A stretch of 63,482 nucleotides of DNA, the filler included, from Thraustochytrium aureum (Eukaryota), in NCBI GenBank assembly GCA_012862495.1. It is 8 parts of 4 records of this genome, joined end to end, with 100 filler letters (N's around TTAATTAATTAA, not from the genome) between each part and the next. Parts side by side here need not be neighbours in the genome. Positions count along the whole stretch, not along the records: positions 15,417 to 28,661 come from BLSG01000177.1; positions 28,762 to 39,453 come from BLSG01000178.1; 6 more parts are not named here. The stretch is one strand, 5' to 3'. Both the position numbers and the translations under genes were made by a program. Of this stretch, positions 23,201 to 35,100 are shown piece by piece. Under the pieces are notes generated by a model. It had not been told where the DNA came from. It did no database searches and worked only from the letters and a program-made list of their open reading frames with translations. How positions within the stretch are numbered: the stretch's first letter is position 1; each line of letters opens with the position of its first letter.

Positions 23201-26200
23201 GGAGAGCTCGTCGCGCTCGACGCACTGAGCGAGACGCTCAAGCTCGTGGCCGCTGCCGGTCCCGGTGGGCCCCTGCTGAGCGAAGCGGTCGCCAAGAACG
23301 GCGTCGAGCTCGCGCTCGCCAACAAGGAGGCATGCGGGCGAGCTGGAGTGCCCTTTGCCCTCCGCCGGGGCGTGGCCACGATTCCGCTCCCGGGGATCGA
23401 TGTGCCGTTTCACTCCCGCAAGCTCCTCTCTGGGGTCCCCGCGTTCCGACAGCTCCTCGAGCCGAGGCTCGACCTGGGAAACATTGCCAACGTGACGGGG
23501 CGACTCGTGGGCAAGTACATCCCAAATGTCGTCGCCGAGCCCTTTTCGCTCAGCCGAGGCTTTGTCGAGCGCGTTTTCGCTGCGACGGGCTCGCCCGCGC
23601 TCGGGCGCCTGCTCGAGGCGGGCGAGTTTGAGTCGGCCAGCTCGGCAGAAAAGGCGCGCACGTTGGTGGTGGAGCTCCTTGCGCACCAGTTCGCCATGCC
23701 GGTGCGGTGGATCGAGACCCAAGACGTCATCTTTTACTCTCGCGCGCAGCGCGTGATCGAGATGGGCCCCGCGGCCACTCTGGCGACGATGGCCAAACGC
23801 TCGTTGCAGACCAAAGTGTACGGCGACAACGACGAGTACGACCCCTCCGTTCTCTGGTGGAAGCAGGACGAGGACAGCGTGTTTTACAACCTCGAGGACG
23901 CGGGCCCCGACTTTGATACTTTCGCCGATAGCGTGCTGGAAAGCTCGCCCGAGCTGGACGCAGAGGCTTTGGGCCTGCAAGACGAGGCTGTCTCCAACGA
24001 GGCCACGTCGCAGCCACCTCCTGTTGCCCGCGCTGCTCCTGTCCCGGTGCCGCCAATGCCCCGCGCAGGCCCAGCTGCGCCGGATGCGCCGGTCTCGGCC
24101 AAGCACGTCCTGCGCGTCCTGTTGTCCAGCAAGTTCCGCAAGCCCCTTGCCGAGCTGGACGACAGCTCGACAATCAAGGCGCTGAGCCAGGGCAAGAGCG
24201 CTGTGCAGAACGAGGTTGTCGGTGACCTGGCGAGCGAATTCGGGTCGGGCCCGGAAGGAGGCGCCGAGCTGCCCCTTGGCGAGCTTGCGAGCAAGTTTGC
24301 AGGCTACAATGCGCTGGGCAAGGTGACCAGCAAGGCGATCGCCAAGATGCTGGGNNNNNNNNNNNNNNNNNNNNNNNNNNNNNNNNNNNNNNNNNNNNNN
24401 NNNNNNNNNNNNNNNNNNNNNNNNNNNNNNNNNNNNNNNNNNNNNNNNNNNNNNNNNNNNNNNNNNNNNNNNNNNNNNNNNNNNNNNNNNNNNNNNNNNN
24501 NNNNNNNNNNNNNNNNNNNNNNNNNNNNNNNNNNNNNNNNNNNNNNNNNNNNNNNNNNNNNNNNNNNNNNNNNNNNNNNNNNNNNNNNNNNNNNNNNNNN
24601 NNNNNNNNNNNNNNNNNNNNNNNNNNNNNNNNNNNNNNNNNNNNNNNNNNNNNNNNNNNNNNNNNNNNNNNNNNNNNNNNNNNNNNNNNNNNNNNNNNNN
24701 NNNNNNNNNNNNNNNNNNNNNNNNNNNNNNNNNNNNNNNNNNNNNNNNNNNNNNNNNNNNNNNNNNNNNNNNNNNNNNNNNNNNNNNNNNNNNNNNNNNN
24801 NNNNNNNNNNNNNNNNNNNNNGCCCTCGATATGCACTGCCACGTCTTGGAGGCCGTCTCGCGCGCGAATGGGGGCGGTGGCATCGGGCCGGGAGCAGGGC
24901 AGACGGCGCCGATCCCGGACCACTACGCCGCCATGGCGGCTTGGATCACGGCCCCAAAGGACTCGATCGAGGCAAGCCAGCCTCCGCAGGCCTGGTTTCG
25001 AAACTACCTGTGCAACCGTGCAACCCCGGAGCTCCTCGAGGCGGTGCGCCACTTTAGCCGCAACATGCATGCCATGGGCCAGCACGAGTACGCGCAGGTG
25101 ATCACCCTCCTCGCTGAGCAGGTCAAGACCTGGGTGGACCGCGTGCCGGTGCACGTCGCGCTCTTTGAGCCACAGGCGCCCCGCGTGAGGATCGACGTGT
25201 CCGATGGATCGATCCAGTACTATGAGGAGCCTCGGCCCGGCGTCCCCGACGCAACGGCCTACGTCGAGGAGATGAGCCGTGGACTCTACTACTTTCGTGG
25301 CAGCAGGAACGAGGTCGCGCACCCAAGCCAGTCAGTGGAGCTCTCTGCAGACGCCGCTTTTGCTACTGACGAAATGGACCTCGCGGACAGCCTCGACCCG
25401 GAAGCCGCGGAGGCGTTTTTTGCGTCGGGCCCCCTGCCGCCCGGCAGCAGCGAGGCGGACGCCGGACGCAAGCCTCGCAGCGAGGCCGAGCTCATGGAGC
25501 AGCTATCTCTGCAGCAACAGCAGCAGCAAGGCGGCGCCGACCTGGACTTGCCGACAGGGCCACGTCTTGACGTGATGCGGAAAACGATAGAGCCTGCGTC
25601 CGTCAAAGGCGACAAGGCCGCCAACGCGTCGAGCAGCGGCGACTCGGGTCGGGTCGACAGGCAGCGCGAGGACGTCTACGACGCGCCGGCGCCTGAAGAC
25701 TACCAGAGCATCCACGTGACCAAGAAGGTGCCGTACATCCACCTCAAGTCGCCTTCTGCGGTGGACAAGACGGTCCGCATCATCAACGAGCAGCTCTCGT
25801 CAAAGTATCTGAGCGCGCTGCACGACATTTCCGTGAACGGCGTGAGCTTTGCTGGCCAAGTTGCTCTTGTGACTGGGGCCGGGCGCGGGTCGATCGGCGA
25901 AGAGTTGGTCAAGTCGCTCTTGGAAGGCGGGGCCACCGTGGTTTGCACGATCCGAATCGGGCGGGGCGAGAAGCAAATGGCGGCCGAGTACACGCGGTTC
26001 AGGTCGATCTACGAAGAGTTTGGGGCCAAGGGCAGCAGGCTCATCTTGGAGCCCACCAACTGCGCCTCGCGGCAAGACGTTGACGCTCTGGTCGAGCACG
26101 TGTACGGGGGCCTCAACCTGGACATCGACTTTGTGATCCCTTTCGCGGCGGCCCCAGAGGGCGGCAAGGACATTTCGGGGATCGACTCGCGCGCAGAGAT

Positions 26201-28661
26201 GGTGCACCGCATGATGATGACCAACGTGGTCCGTCTGCTCGGGGCAATCAAGCGCGAGAAGCAGGACCGCGGGGTGGAGACGCGGCCCGCGATGGTGCTG
26301 CTTCCGTGCTCTCCGAACCACGGCGAGTTTGGCCAGGACGCGCTTTACTCGGAGGCCAAGCTTGGTCTCGAGGCCCTTGTGAACAAGTGGAAGAGCGAAG
26401 GGTGGGGCGACTATTTGTGTCTTGCGGCTGCCGTGATCGGTTGGACCCGTTCGGCGCTCATGGTGCAGAACAACATCGTGGCGCCCGGGATCGAGCAGCT
26501 CGGCTGCCGCACCTTTAGCTGCACAGAGACCATGTTCAACCTGGTGGGCCTGCTGCATCCGCGCATGGTGACGCTTGCGGCGGAGGAGCCGCTCTGGGCC
26601 GATCTGACCGGCAACTGGGTCTCGGTCCCCGACCTCAACCTGGCCTCGCAGGAGATTCGCGCGCGCCTGCAACAAAGCAGCAAGCTGGCCAAGTCGACGC
26701 TCTCCGCCNNNNNNNNNNNNNNNNNNNNNNNNNNNNNNNNNNNNNNNNNNNNNNNNNNNNNNNNNNNNNNNNNNNNNNNNNNNNNNNNNNNNNNNNNNNN
26801 NNNNNNNNNNNNNNNNNNNNNNNNNNNNNNNNNNNNNNNNNNNNNNNNNNNNNNNNNNNNNNNNNNNNNNNNNNNNNNNNNNNNNNNNNNNNNNNNNNNN
26901 NNNNNNNNNNNNNNNNNNNNNNNNNNNNNNNNNNNNNNNNNNNNNNNNNNNNNNNNNNNNNNNNNNNNNNNNNNNNNNNNNNNNNNNNNNNNNNNNNNNN
27001 NNNNNNNNNNNNNNNNNNNNNNNNNNNNNNNNNNNNNNNNNNNNNNNNNNNNNNNNNNNNNNNNNNNNNNNNNNNNNNNNNNNNNNNNNNNNNNNNNNNN
27101 NNNNNNNNNNNNNNNNNNNNNNNNNNNNNNNNNNNNNNNNNNNNNNNNNNNNNNNNNNNNNNNNNNNNNNNNNNNNNNNNNNNNNNNNNNNNNNNNNNNN
27201 NNNNNNNNNNNNNNNNNNNNNNNNNNNNNNNNNNNNNNNNNNNNNNNNNNNNNNNNNNNNNNNNNNNNNNNNNNNNGAGCGCGTCCTTGCAAGGCATGGT
27301 GGATTTGCGCAAGGTGGTCGTGGTTGTCGGCTACGGCGAAGTGGGCCCCTGGGGCTCTGCCAAGACGCGCTGGGAGATGGAGGCGTTCGGGGAGTTTTCC
27401 CTCGAGGGCGCCATCGAGCTGGCCTGGCTCGTTGGGCTGATCAAGCCGCACAACGCCCCGCTCCCGAGCAACCCGCGGTCTCGGTACATCGGGTGGGTGG
27501 ACGCCGCGACGGGCGAGCCTGTCGCCGACCACGACGTGAAAAAGCGGTACGAGCCCACGCTCCTCAAGCACTGCGGGATCCGCCTCGTGGAGCCCAGCCT
27601 GTTCGAGGGGTACGACCCGGCGAAGAAGGGATGCTCCACCGGGTCGCGATCGATCGGGACATGCCCCCAATCGAGGTCTCGTCGCTGGAGGAGGCCCGCC
27701 AGTACCGCGCCGAGCTCGGCGACGCGTTCGTGGACGTGTTTCAGGCGGAGGGCGGCGAGCAGTGGATGATCCGCGTCAAGAAGGGCGCCGTGGTGGCCAT
27801 TCCCAAGGCGATGCGGTTTGACCGCAACGCGGCCGGCCAGATCCCCACGGGCTGGGACGCCAAGCGGCTCGGAATCCCGCCCGAGATCGCCGACTCGGTG
27901 GACCCGGTGACCTTGTTCGCCCTGGCAAGCGCTGTGGAGGCCCTCATCTCGAGCGGGCTCACCGACCCCTACCAGTTGTACGAGTATGTGCACGTGAGCG
28001 AGGTGGGCAACACCATGGGCGGCGGGATGGGCGGCATGCGCTCGCTCAAGCGCATGTTCCACGACCGCAAGATGGGCGAGGACATCCCGAGCGACACGCT
28101 GGCCGAGTCGTTCATCAACACGATGCCGGCCTGGATCAACATGCTCCTGCTGAGCAGCTCTGGCCCGATCAAGACGCCCGTGAACGCGTGCGCGACTGCG
28201 GCCATGTCGGTGGACGTCGGCGTGGAGACCATCCTCGCTGGCAAGGCGCGCGTTGTGATGGCGGGCGGGTACGACGACTTTGGGGAGACGGGGAGCTACG
28301 AGTTTGCCGCGCTCAAAGCGACGTGCGACACCGACTTGGACGCGCGCAAAGGGCGCGCTGTGCACGAGAGCTCGCGGCCGATGACCGAGTCGCGCGCGGG
28401 CTTTGTGGAGGCCCAGGGCGCTGGCGCGCACATCTTGATGGACGCCGAGCTCGCGCTCGAGATGGGCTGCCCCATCTACACCGTGATTGCGCTGACGGCC
28501 ACCGCGACTGACAAGCAAGGGCGCTCGATCCCGGCCCCGGGCAAGGGCATTCTGACGACAGCGCGCGAGTCGCGCGGGCCGGGCGAGCCGGCGAGCTTGA
28601 TGCTCGACCTCGAGTTTCGCCGGGACAACCTCCGGGCAGAGATGGTCGCGATCGACGCCTG
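17207..28661 (+). CDS. FAS: Type I fatty acid synthase, fungal-type, beta and alpha subunits fused in one chain (AT-ER-DH-MPT-ACP-KR-KS); 3' truncated
   Basis: AT: AFNGQG and GHSQG (17736-17750). [10 protein letters not shown] and [34 protein letters not shown] and GHSLGEY (22910-22930). [11 protein letters not shown] (Ser codon 24197-24199). [14 protein letters not shown] (~25860). [15 protein letters not shown] and TPVNACATA (Cys codon 28189-28191). [18 protein letters not shown] follows the MPT in frame. Start ATG 17207 is inferred and needs one frameshift near 17330. Confidence 0.95.
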
Positions 28662-28761
28662 NNNNNNNNNNNNNNNNNNNNNNNNNNNNNNNNNNNNNNN
28701 NNNNNTTAATTAATTAANNNNNNNNNNNNNNNNNNNNNNNNNNNNNNNNNNNNNNNNNNNN
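28662..28761. other. Artificial scaffold linker
   Basis: N44-TTAATTAATTAA(28706-28717)-N44. Confidence 0.97.
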
Positions 28762-29013
28762 GCGTTGCACCGAGCTACCGAGCTATCCGTTGCACAAAAA
28801 ATCGAGGTTTTTCCGGGGTCGGGTTGGTGGGGCCGACTCCCAGGAAATTCCAACCCCCACGGGGCGCCCACGGGGATTGTTTTCCTTTGCGGAACGCTGC
28901 CTTTTACCCGTATCAAGAGGAATTCGGCACTGAAAGCAAGCGAATGGTGAACTAGCCGACCCGTTTTGGAACAAAAAGCAAGAAATGAACAATCAAAAAT
29001 CGTGCAACTCTTG

Positions 29014-29137
29014 AAATCGATTGAACGAACGAGGACCAAATCGGCCAAATCAATCGATTGAATCTACCGAGCGATCGGTTCGCCAGTTCCACGCGATTGG
29101 GTCCGATTGAATCCCTTCCGATTGAATCGATTGAATT
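29014..29137. promoter_or_regulatory. Cluster of CGATTG(AA) motifs including the palindrome TCAATCGATTGA; putative cis-regulatory array
   Basis: Six CGATTG copies in about 125 bp of AT-richer DNA directly upstream of ATG 29139; 12-bp palindrome at 29050-29061. Function is inferred only. Confidence 0.35.
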
Positions 29138-29138
29138 G

Positions 29139-32100
29139 ATGAAAGAAGCGCGGCGCGGCGAGAGCAAGAGCAGAACAGATCGCTCGGGACAGGCGAGGGC
29201 GCCAGCGTCCCTGGACTGCGCGCGGGCGCATCGCTGCCAGGCGCTGCAGGCGCTGCTGGCGCTGCTGCTGCTGGCGCTGCTGGCGCTGCTGGCGCTGCTG
29301 GCGCTGCTGGCGCNNNNNNNNNNNNNNNNNNNNNNNNNNNNNNNNNNNNNNNNNNNNNNNNNNNNNNNNNNNNNNNNNNNNNNNNNNNNNNNNNNNNNNN
29401 NNNNNNNNNNNNNNNNNNNNNNNNNNNNNNNNNNNNNNNNNNNNNNNNNNNNNNNNNNNNNNNNNNNNNNNNNNNNNNNNNNNNNNNNNNNNNNNNNNNN
29501 NNNNNNNNNNNNNNNNNNNNNNNNNNNNNNNNNNNNNNNNNNNNNNNNNNNNNNNNNNNNNNNNNNNNNNNNNNNNNNNNNNNNNNNNNNNNNNNNNNNN
29601 NNNNNNNNNNNNNNNNNNNNNNNNNNNNNNNNNNNNNNNNNNNNNNNNNNNNNNNNNNNNNNNNNNNNNNNNNNNNNNNNNNNNNNNNNNNNNNNNNNNN
29701 NNNNNNNNNNNNNNNNNNNNNNNNNNNNNNNNNNNNNNNNNNNNNNNNNNNNNNNNNNNNNNNNNNNNNNNNNNNNNNNNNNNNNNNNNNNNNNNNNNNN
29801 NNNCTCTGGTGCCCGAATCGCGGACAGGTTGTCTATGACCCACGGAATCGCAAGACGCAAAAACAGTGGGGCGAGGCCTCCTGCTCGCGCCGCTGCAAAC
29901 TAGCAGCCTCTGGCGACTTGTGCCAGCTCCCCTTCAAGTACCGACAAGGCCGTGGGCCGTGGACCACGTTCGACTACGCCCCTACCGTTGCAGAAGCAAA
30001 GCCGTTTGGTCTGCTTGAAAAAGGGCTTGACAAAACCCGCAACGCGACAATGCGATGGTGCCCGAACCCGGGCGCCGCGGACTACGACTCGACCGACGCC
30101 AAAGTGCAGCGCAAGTGGGGCGCGGCGACCTGTGAAGCCCCCTGCTCGACTGTGCAGGGCGGTCGCGGCTGGGTCAGTGACCGGAAGGAGGCCTGCCAAC
30201 TGCCCTTCATGTACAAAGAGCTAAACGGGTCCTGGACGCGGCACGAGGCCCCCCCACGCTGCTCGAGGCCAAACCGTTCGGGCTCGTCTTACTAGGGCTC
30301 GACAGCGGGAGCTCCGAGTTGCGATGGTGCCCGACACTCGGAGTGGTCAACTACAACTTCAAGGATACCGCGGTGCAAGAGCTCTGGGGCGAGGCGACAT
30401 GCACGTCGTCGTCGCTGCCGCCAACAGCCGAGCCCGCCGCGAATTGCTCCATTCTAGCTGGTGCGATCGGCTATGCGGCAAGCCCCGCCAAGTGCGAGCT
30501 CCCCTTCGCATTTCTTGCCGAGTCCGGCAGTGAGACAATCTTTGATTATGCGCCAACGCTGGTTGAGGCGCTCCCCTTCGGCGCGGCCTCGCTTGGGCTC
30601 AACGAAGCAGACCCATCCACCCGCTGGTGCCCGCCGATCGGCACCCCGCAGTACAGCGTCCAGGACGCCAAACTGCAACGCGGCTGGGCGACTGCTTCGT
30701 GCCAAGCTGCCTGCAACATCGAGAGTGGCGGAGCCGGCTGGATAAAGCACGCCGCACCGTGCCAGCTCCCATTCCAGTACAAGGAGCTCAACGGCACCTG
30801 GACAACGCACCGCGTGCCGCCCTTGATGGGCGAGGCCAAGCCGTTCGGGATCACTCCGCTCGGGCTCAGCAGAGACGACCCTGTCACGAGGTGGTGTCCC
30901 GCACTTGGACTGAAAACGTACGATTTCAAGGATGATGCTAGCAAGGAGCGTTGGGGCGTCGCCAGTTGCGCCCCCACGGTGTTCCTCCCCACAAGGGCGC
31001 CCACTGCGTCTCCCACCATCGTGCCCACAGCACAACCCACCTTGCTGCGGCGCTGCGCGATCCCCATGGGTAGCGCTGGGTGGATAAAGGATGCCACGCA
31101 GTGTCAGATTCCCTTCCAGTACCGCCAAGGAGACGGGTCCTGGTCGACATTCGACTATCCGCCATCGTTCAAGGATGCGCGGCCCTTTGGCCTCTCGCTC
31201 CTTGGGCTGAGTCGCGACGACGCTTTTACGCGCTGGTGCCCCGCGTTGGGCATTGTCCAGTACGACCCGCGCGATGCTGCACCAAACAGAAACCTAGCCT
31301 CTGACAGGCAGTCTGCTGCGGGCCCCACTGTTGCAGCGGCAACCGCCGGCAACGGCAGCTCGCGAAAGTGGGGCGTGGTCAAGTGCGAGAGCGACTGCTT
31401 CATTTTCGCTGGCGGCCGAGGCTGGATAAAACGCGCCTCAGAGTGCCAGCTTCCATTCGAGTACCGCGAGGAGGACGGTTCTTGGACGCGGTACCATTTG
31501 CCTCCGACGCTTAAGAGTGCAAAGCCCTTCGGGCTCGCTCTTCTGGGCCTGAGCAGCGAGGACACCAACACACGGTGGTGCCCGCGGATGGGTCTGTTCA
31601 GGTACGACAAAAGCAATTTGCTGCACCGTGAAGAGTGGGGCACAGTCGCATGCACGGACGCGGTCGAGCTGCCGACGCATAGCCCAACGACTAGCCCCTC
31701 AACGGGCCCGACGCCCTCGCCAACGGTTCGCTGTACAACGGACGGCGGGTACTCGGCGTACGGAAATGCGTGCACATTTCCGTTCCGGTACAAGGGCAAA
31801 ACGTACGAAGACTGCATCACGTTCAACGAGGCAATGCCCTACATCGGCTCCAACAATCCGCCCAAGAGCCCAAATTGAGGATGTGACCATCCCGCTCGAG
31901 CACGCGCGATGGTGCGCACTTGACGAGACCTACAACGAAAAGCTGCCAGCAACGCGAAAGCGCTGGGGCTACTGCAACCCGCGGTCGTGCAATCTGTGCA
32001 CTTCGCTCGAAACGAACATTCCTTGCCTGGAGCTCTCCGGACTAGCTACCGAGGTGGGCGGCGAGCCCGTCTCCAAGCACTGCTTCCTGCTGCACGAGGA

Positions 32101-35100
32101 TCCCAGGGGAGCCCCGCGCTGCGTGCTGGACATGTCCACGAACGGTTTGGGCGGCCAACGCCCTGTGCAAGGGAACCCCTTCGAGGAGGCGAACCTCACA
32201 CTGGGAACCTGCAGATTCGATACCTGCAACTTGCTGCCGACGCAGCTTCCAACTTTGGCGCCATCCACGACGCCATCGTCAAGCCCCACGCAGCGACCGA
32301 CCGGCTCGCCAACAGCGCGGCCCTCAAAATCGCCGACAAGAGTCCAGCCCACGTCCCCGACACCAAGCGCGTCAGGCCGCGCGTGCGGCACGAGCGGCGG
32401 CTTTGTCAAGGAAGGGACAGCCTGCAAGTTCCCGTTCAGCTTCCGAGGCACCACATTCGCATCGTGCGCGAGCATGACCGAGGTCGCACCGTACCAGTCC
32501 GCACAAGATATTCCCGCCCAATCGGCGCACGGCTTGTCGACGCACTGGTGCGCCACCGTGTCAACGTACGACGCAAACCTACCTGCCCAGAGGAAAAAAT
32601 GGGGCTTTTGTGAGCCTTGGTGCCACGGGGTCACGCGGCATCCGTCGCTGCTGCCCACCGCTTCCCCATCCAGGCAGCCAACGCCGTCCCCAACCAGGGC
32701 GCCGCTCGTGTCGCCAAGCGGCTCGCCAACGCAGTCTAAGGCCCCGCGTGTCCTGCGTGCAGGGTACACGCTGTCTGGGTTTTTCATCCAGGCCACCCTG
32801 AGCCGGCCTATTCCAGCCGAGCACGCCCGAGCCGACGGCTGGTTCGCTTGCTCAATCCTTGTTGAGGAGGCCGAGGCAGCTCGCCTTCTCTGTCGCTGGT
32901 TTGCAGACAGGACGGGCTTCTTGATGCAGACGACGCGGCAAGCGCTGCGCGTAATCACGATTCGCAGCGGGGCCTTGCAAAGCGAGGGTGGTGGCCTTGA
33001 CTCGCTTCGCCAGGTCGTTCCGGTGGACCTCCCTGTAGATTTCACGAGCGATCCGGTCCTTGTTGCCCCGACGGTGCTGAGCGCCTGCGACGACCTCGAG
33101 CACGTCGGGCTGGACGCGTCGTGGACCAAGAACGGGCCGCTTCTGGTCGAAATCCACTATCTCGTTCGCCGAGAGCATTCCTCCCCCGTCGTGCTCAGCA
33201 AATGCTCGTTCTCGAGCTCCACCGAGGCTCCATCATTTTCCGCCTTCCACTGCGACTTTAACCTGCAAACGTTCCTCGCCCAAGACCCGAGGACAATGCG
33301 GAGCGGCAGGCTTTTGGAAACGCGAGTCCATGTCGATGTCGCTATCCAGGTGCGTTCTGTCTTTGATGAGACCGCGACGTCGCCGTGGCGGCGGATACTG
33401 GTGCTTCCGGACAAGGTGCCGGCCCGCACCTTAGCCGTGGTGGGGCCATCAACTATCTCAATTTCTCTTTCGGAGCAGGTTCTGCTCGTCGCCGAGATGC
33501 GCCGGACGACGGCGCACAACGCGTCACATGCCTGCAGCGACCCAGGCCAATGGCTCGCTCCGGTCGATGCCGCCGCAGCCTGGAGCTTGGAACTGCGTGG
33601 GGATCCCGGGCGGCGCCTTGGCGACTCGGGCCAGCGCGACGTTTCACTCTCAGCGACCTCTGATCCGCTTCGCGCACGCCTTGGCTTTTTCGGGAGCTTT
33701 CCCGGGTCGGGGACAGTGCGCCAAGTGGCGGTCGCCGTTTCTCTTGGACAGGACGCCGACGCGGCCGCGACCTGGGAGATTTCAGCCAAGCCATCCAACC
33801 TCGTGGTCTCGGTGGCCGGCGGTAACCGAACTGTGTTGCGAGGTGACGCAGTGATCCTTGACGCTACAGGTTCGGCCGACCCAGACGCGAGAGTGTTCGG
33901 AACGAGTATGCCGGGTGCTGGGTTCACGTTCACGTGGTTTTGTGCACCGGCGTCGTTGTGCCAAGAGTTGCGCGCTGGCGTTCGCCAGGACCCGGCGCAA
34001 CCTGGAGACGCGTCCGTCGCCCCGTGGGCGACAGGGCAGTCATTTAGGGACGACGCGGCGTTGGTGGTCTCGGCCCAACTTCCCGTTCTTGTCCTCTACA
34101 CCGCCAACGCCTCCGCTGCAGGGACTTTCAGCGTGCAGCTTTGGCTCAGCGTTCGAGCGCAGGACGGGCGCGAGGGTTTCGGCCGCGACGCCATCTCCAT
34201 CACAGTGCAGGATTTTTCGACGGGGCAGGTGCGGCGCTCGGAGGAGGCAGAGCTGAGGCGCCCTGTTATACGCAAGTGGCCAACTGGCGTGACGAGCGGG
34301 ATTCCGCTGCAGCTCCAGGGTGCCTGTGTTGATTCGCATGTCTGGCCCGAGCGCTCGGCCCTCGACTCGTCCGCCTTGCAGTGGCAAGTCCGGCTGCCGC
34401 TCGGCAGCGAATGGCTTCCCCTCGCCGATAGTGCCATCAGCCAAGCCGTGCTCGCGACCCCAGCCACGGCGTTCGCGCCGGTGCTTGTGTTGGACGGTAC
34501 TGCTCTCGCGGCCGCTGTCGAAAACCGCGACACGGACACGGTCCACGTGCGCGCGTCCTGCGCAGGGTTGCCCGAGGCTGTTGGGGCGGTTGTCGCCATT
34601 CCAGTAAACCACGAGCCGTACAACGGCCGGGTCGCGGCGGAGCCTCTCGCGGGCTTTGTCGGAGAGAGCGAGTTTACGCTTTGGACGTGGGACTGGATTG
34701 AGGTTGACGGTGACTTTCCTCTGGCATTCGCCTTCGAGTTGGCGGTGTTGGACGCAACGACGCTCGACCCCGTGCCGTGGCTCCGACTTCCTCTGCCGAC
34801 GGAGGCTAGGTCGAGCCAAATGTCCGCCAACGTGTTTGTACCCTTTGGCGGAGACGCCGACGCTGACAACGCATTTGTCGTGCGAGTGACTGGCAAGGCT
34901 CGCGACGCCGCGGGCGCGCTCGGGGCGACCGAGGAACCGGTTTATCTGGCGCTGCGGGCGCGGCCTTGGCCAGACGCGCTGAGAGAGCGCGAGGGATCGA
35001 TGCTTATTGATTGGAGCATGCCGCGCCCCGTGGCGCTGGCGCTGGCGACTCGATTCAGCAGTTTTGGCGCCTGGCCAGTGCGGCGAGAGCCCTCGTGGCG

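Noticed and set aside
25330..25710. Acidic/poly-Gln stretch before the FAS KR domain, considered as a new domain
   Set aside because: It corresponds in position to the variable, poorly ordered linker preceding the IPFLHL-like motif in fungal alpha chains.
17207..28661. Numerous frameshifts in FAS and other genes, considered as programmed frameshifting, RNA editing or pseudogenisation
   Set aside because: Most shifts sit in homopolymer runs (e.g. A6 at about 19875 and 21496, C7 at about 30249, G-runs at about 27628 and 46886). They affect essential genes throughout the window while catalytic motifs and codon bias stay intact, which fits homopolymer sequencing error. Raw reads would confirm.
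28762..28800. Minus-strand GGATAGCTCGGTAGCTCGG resembling a tRNA D-arm/A-box
   Set aside because: No cloverleaf or T-arm is visible, and it is cut by the linker; explained by short direct repeats.
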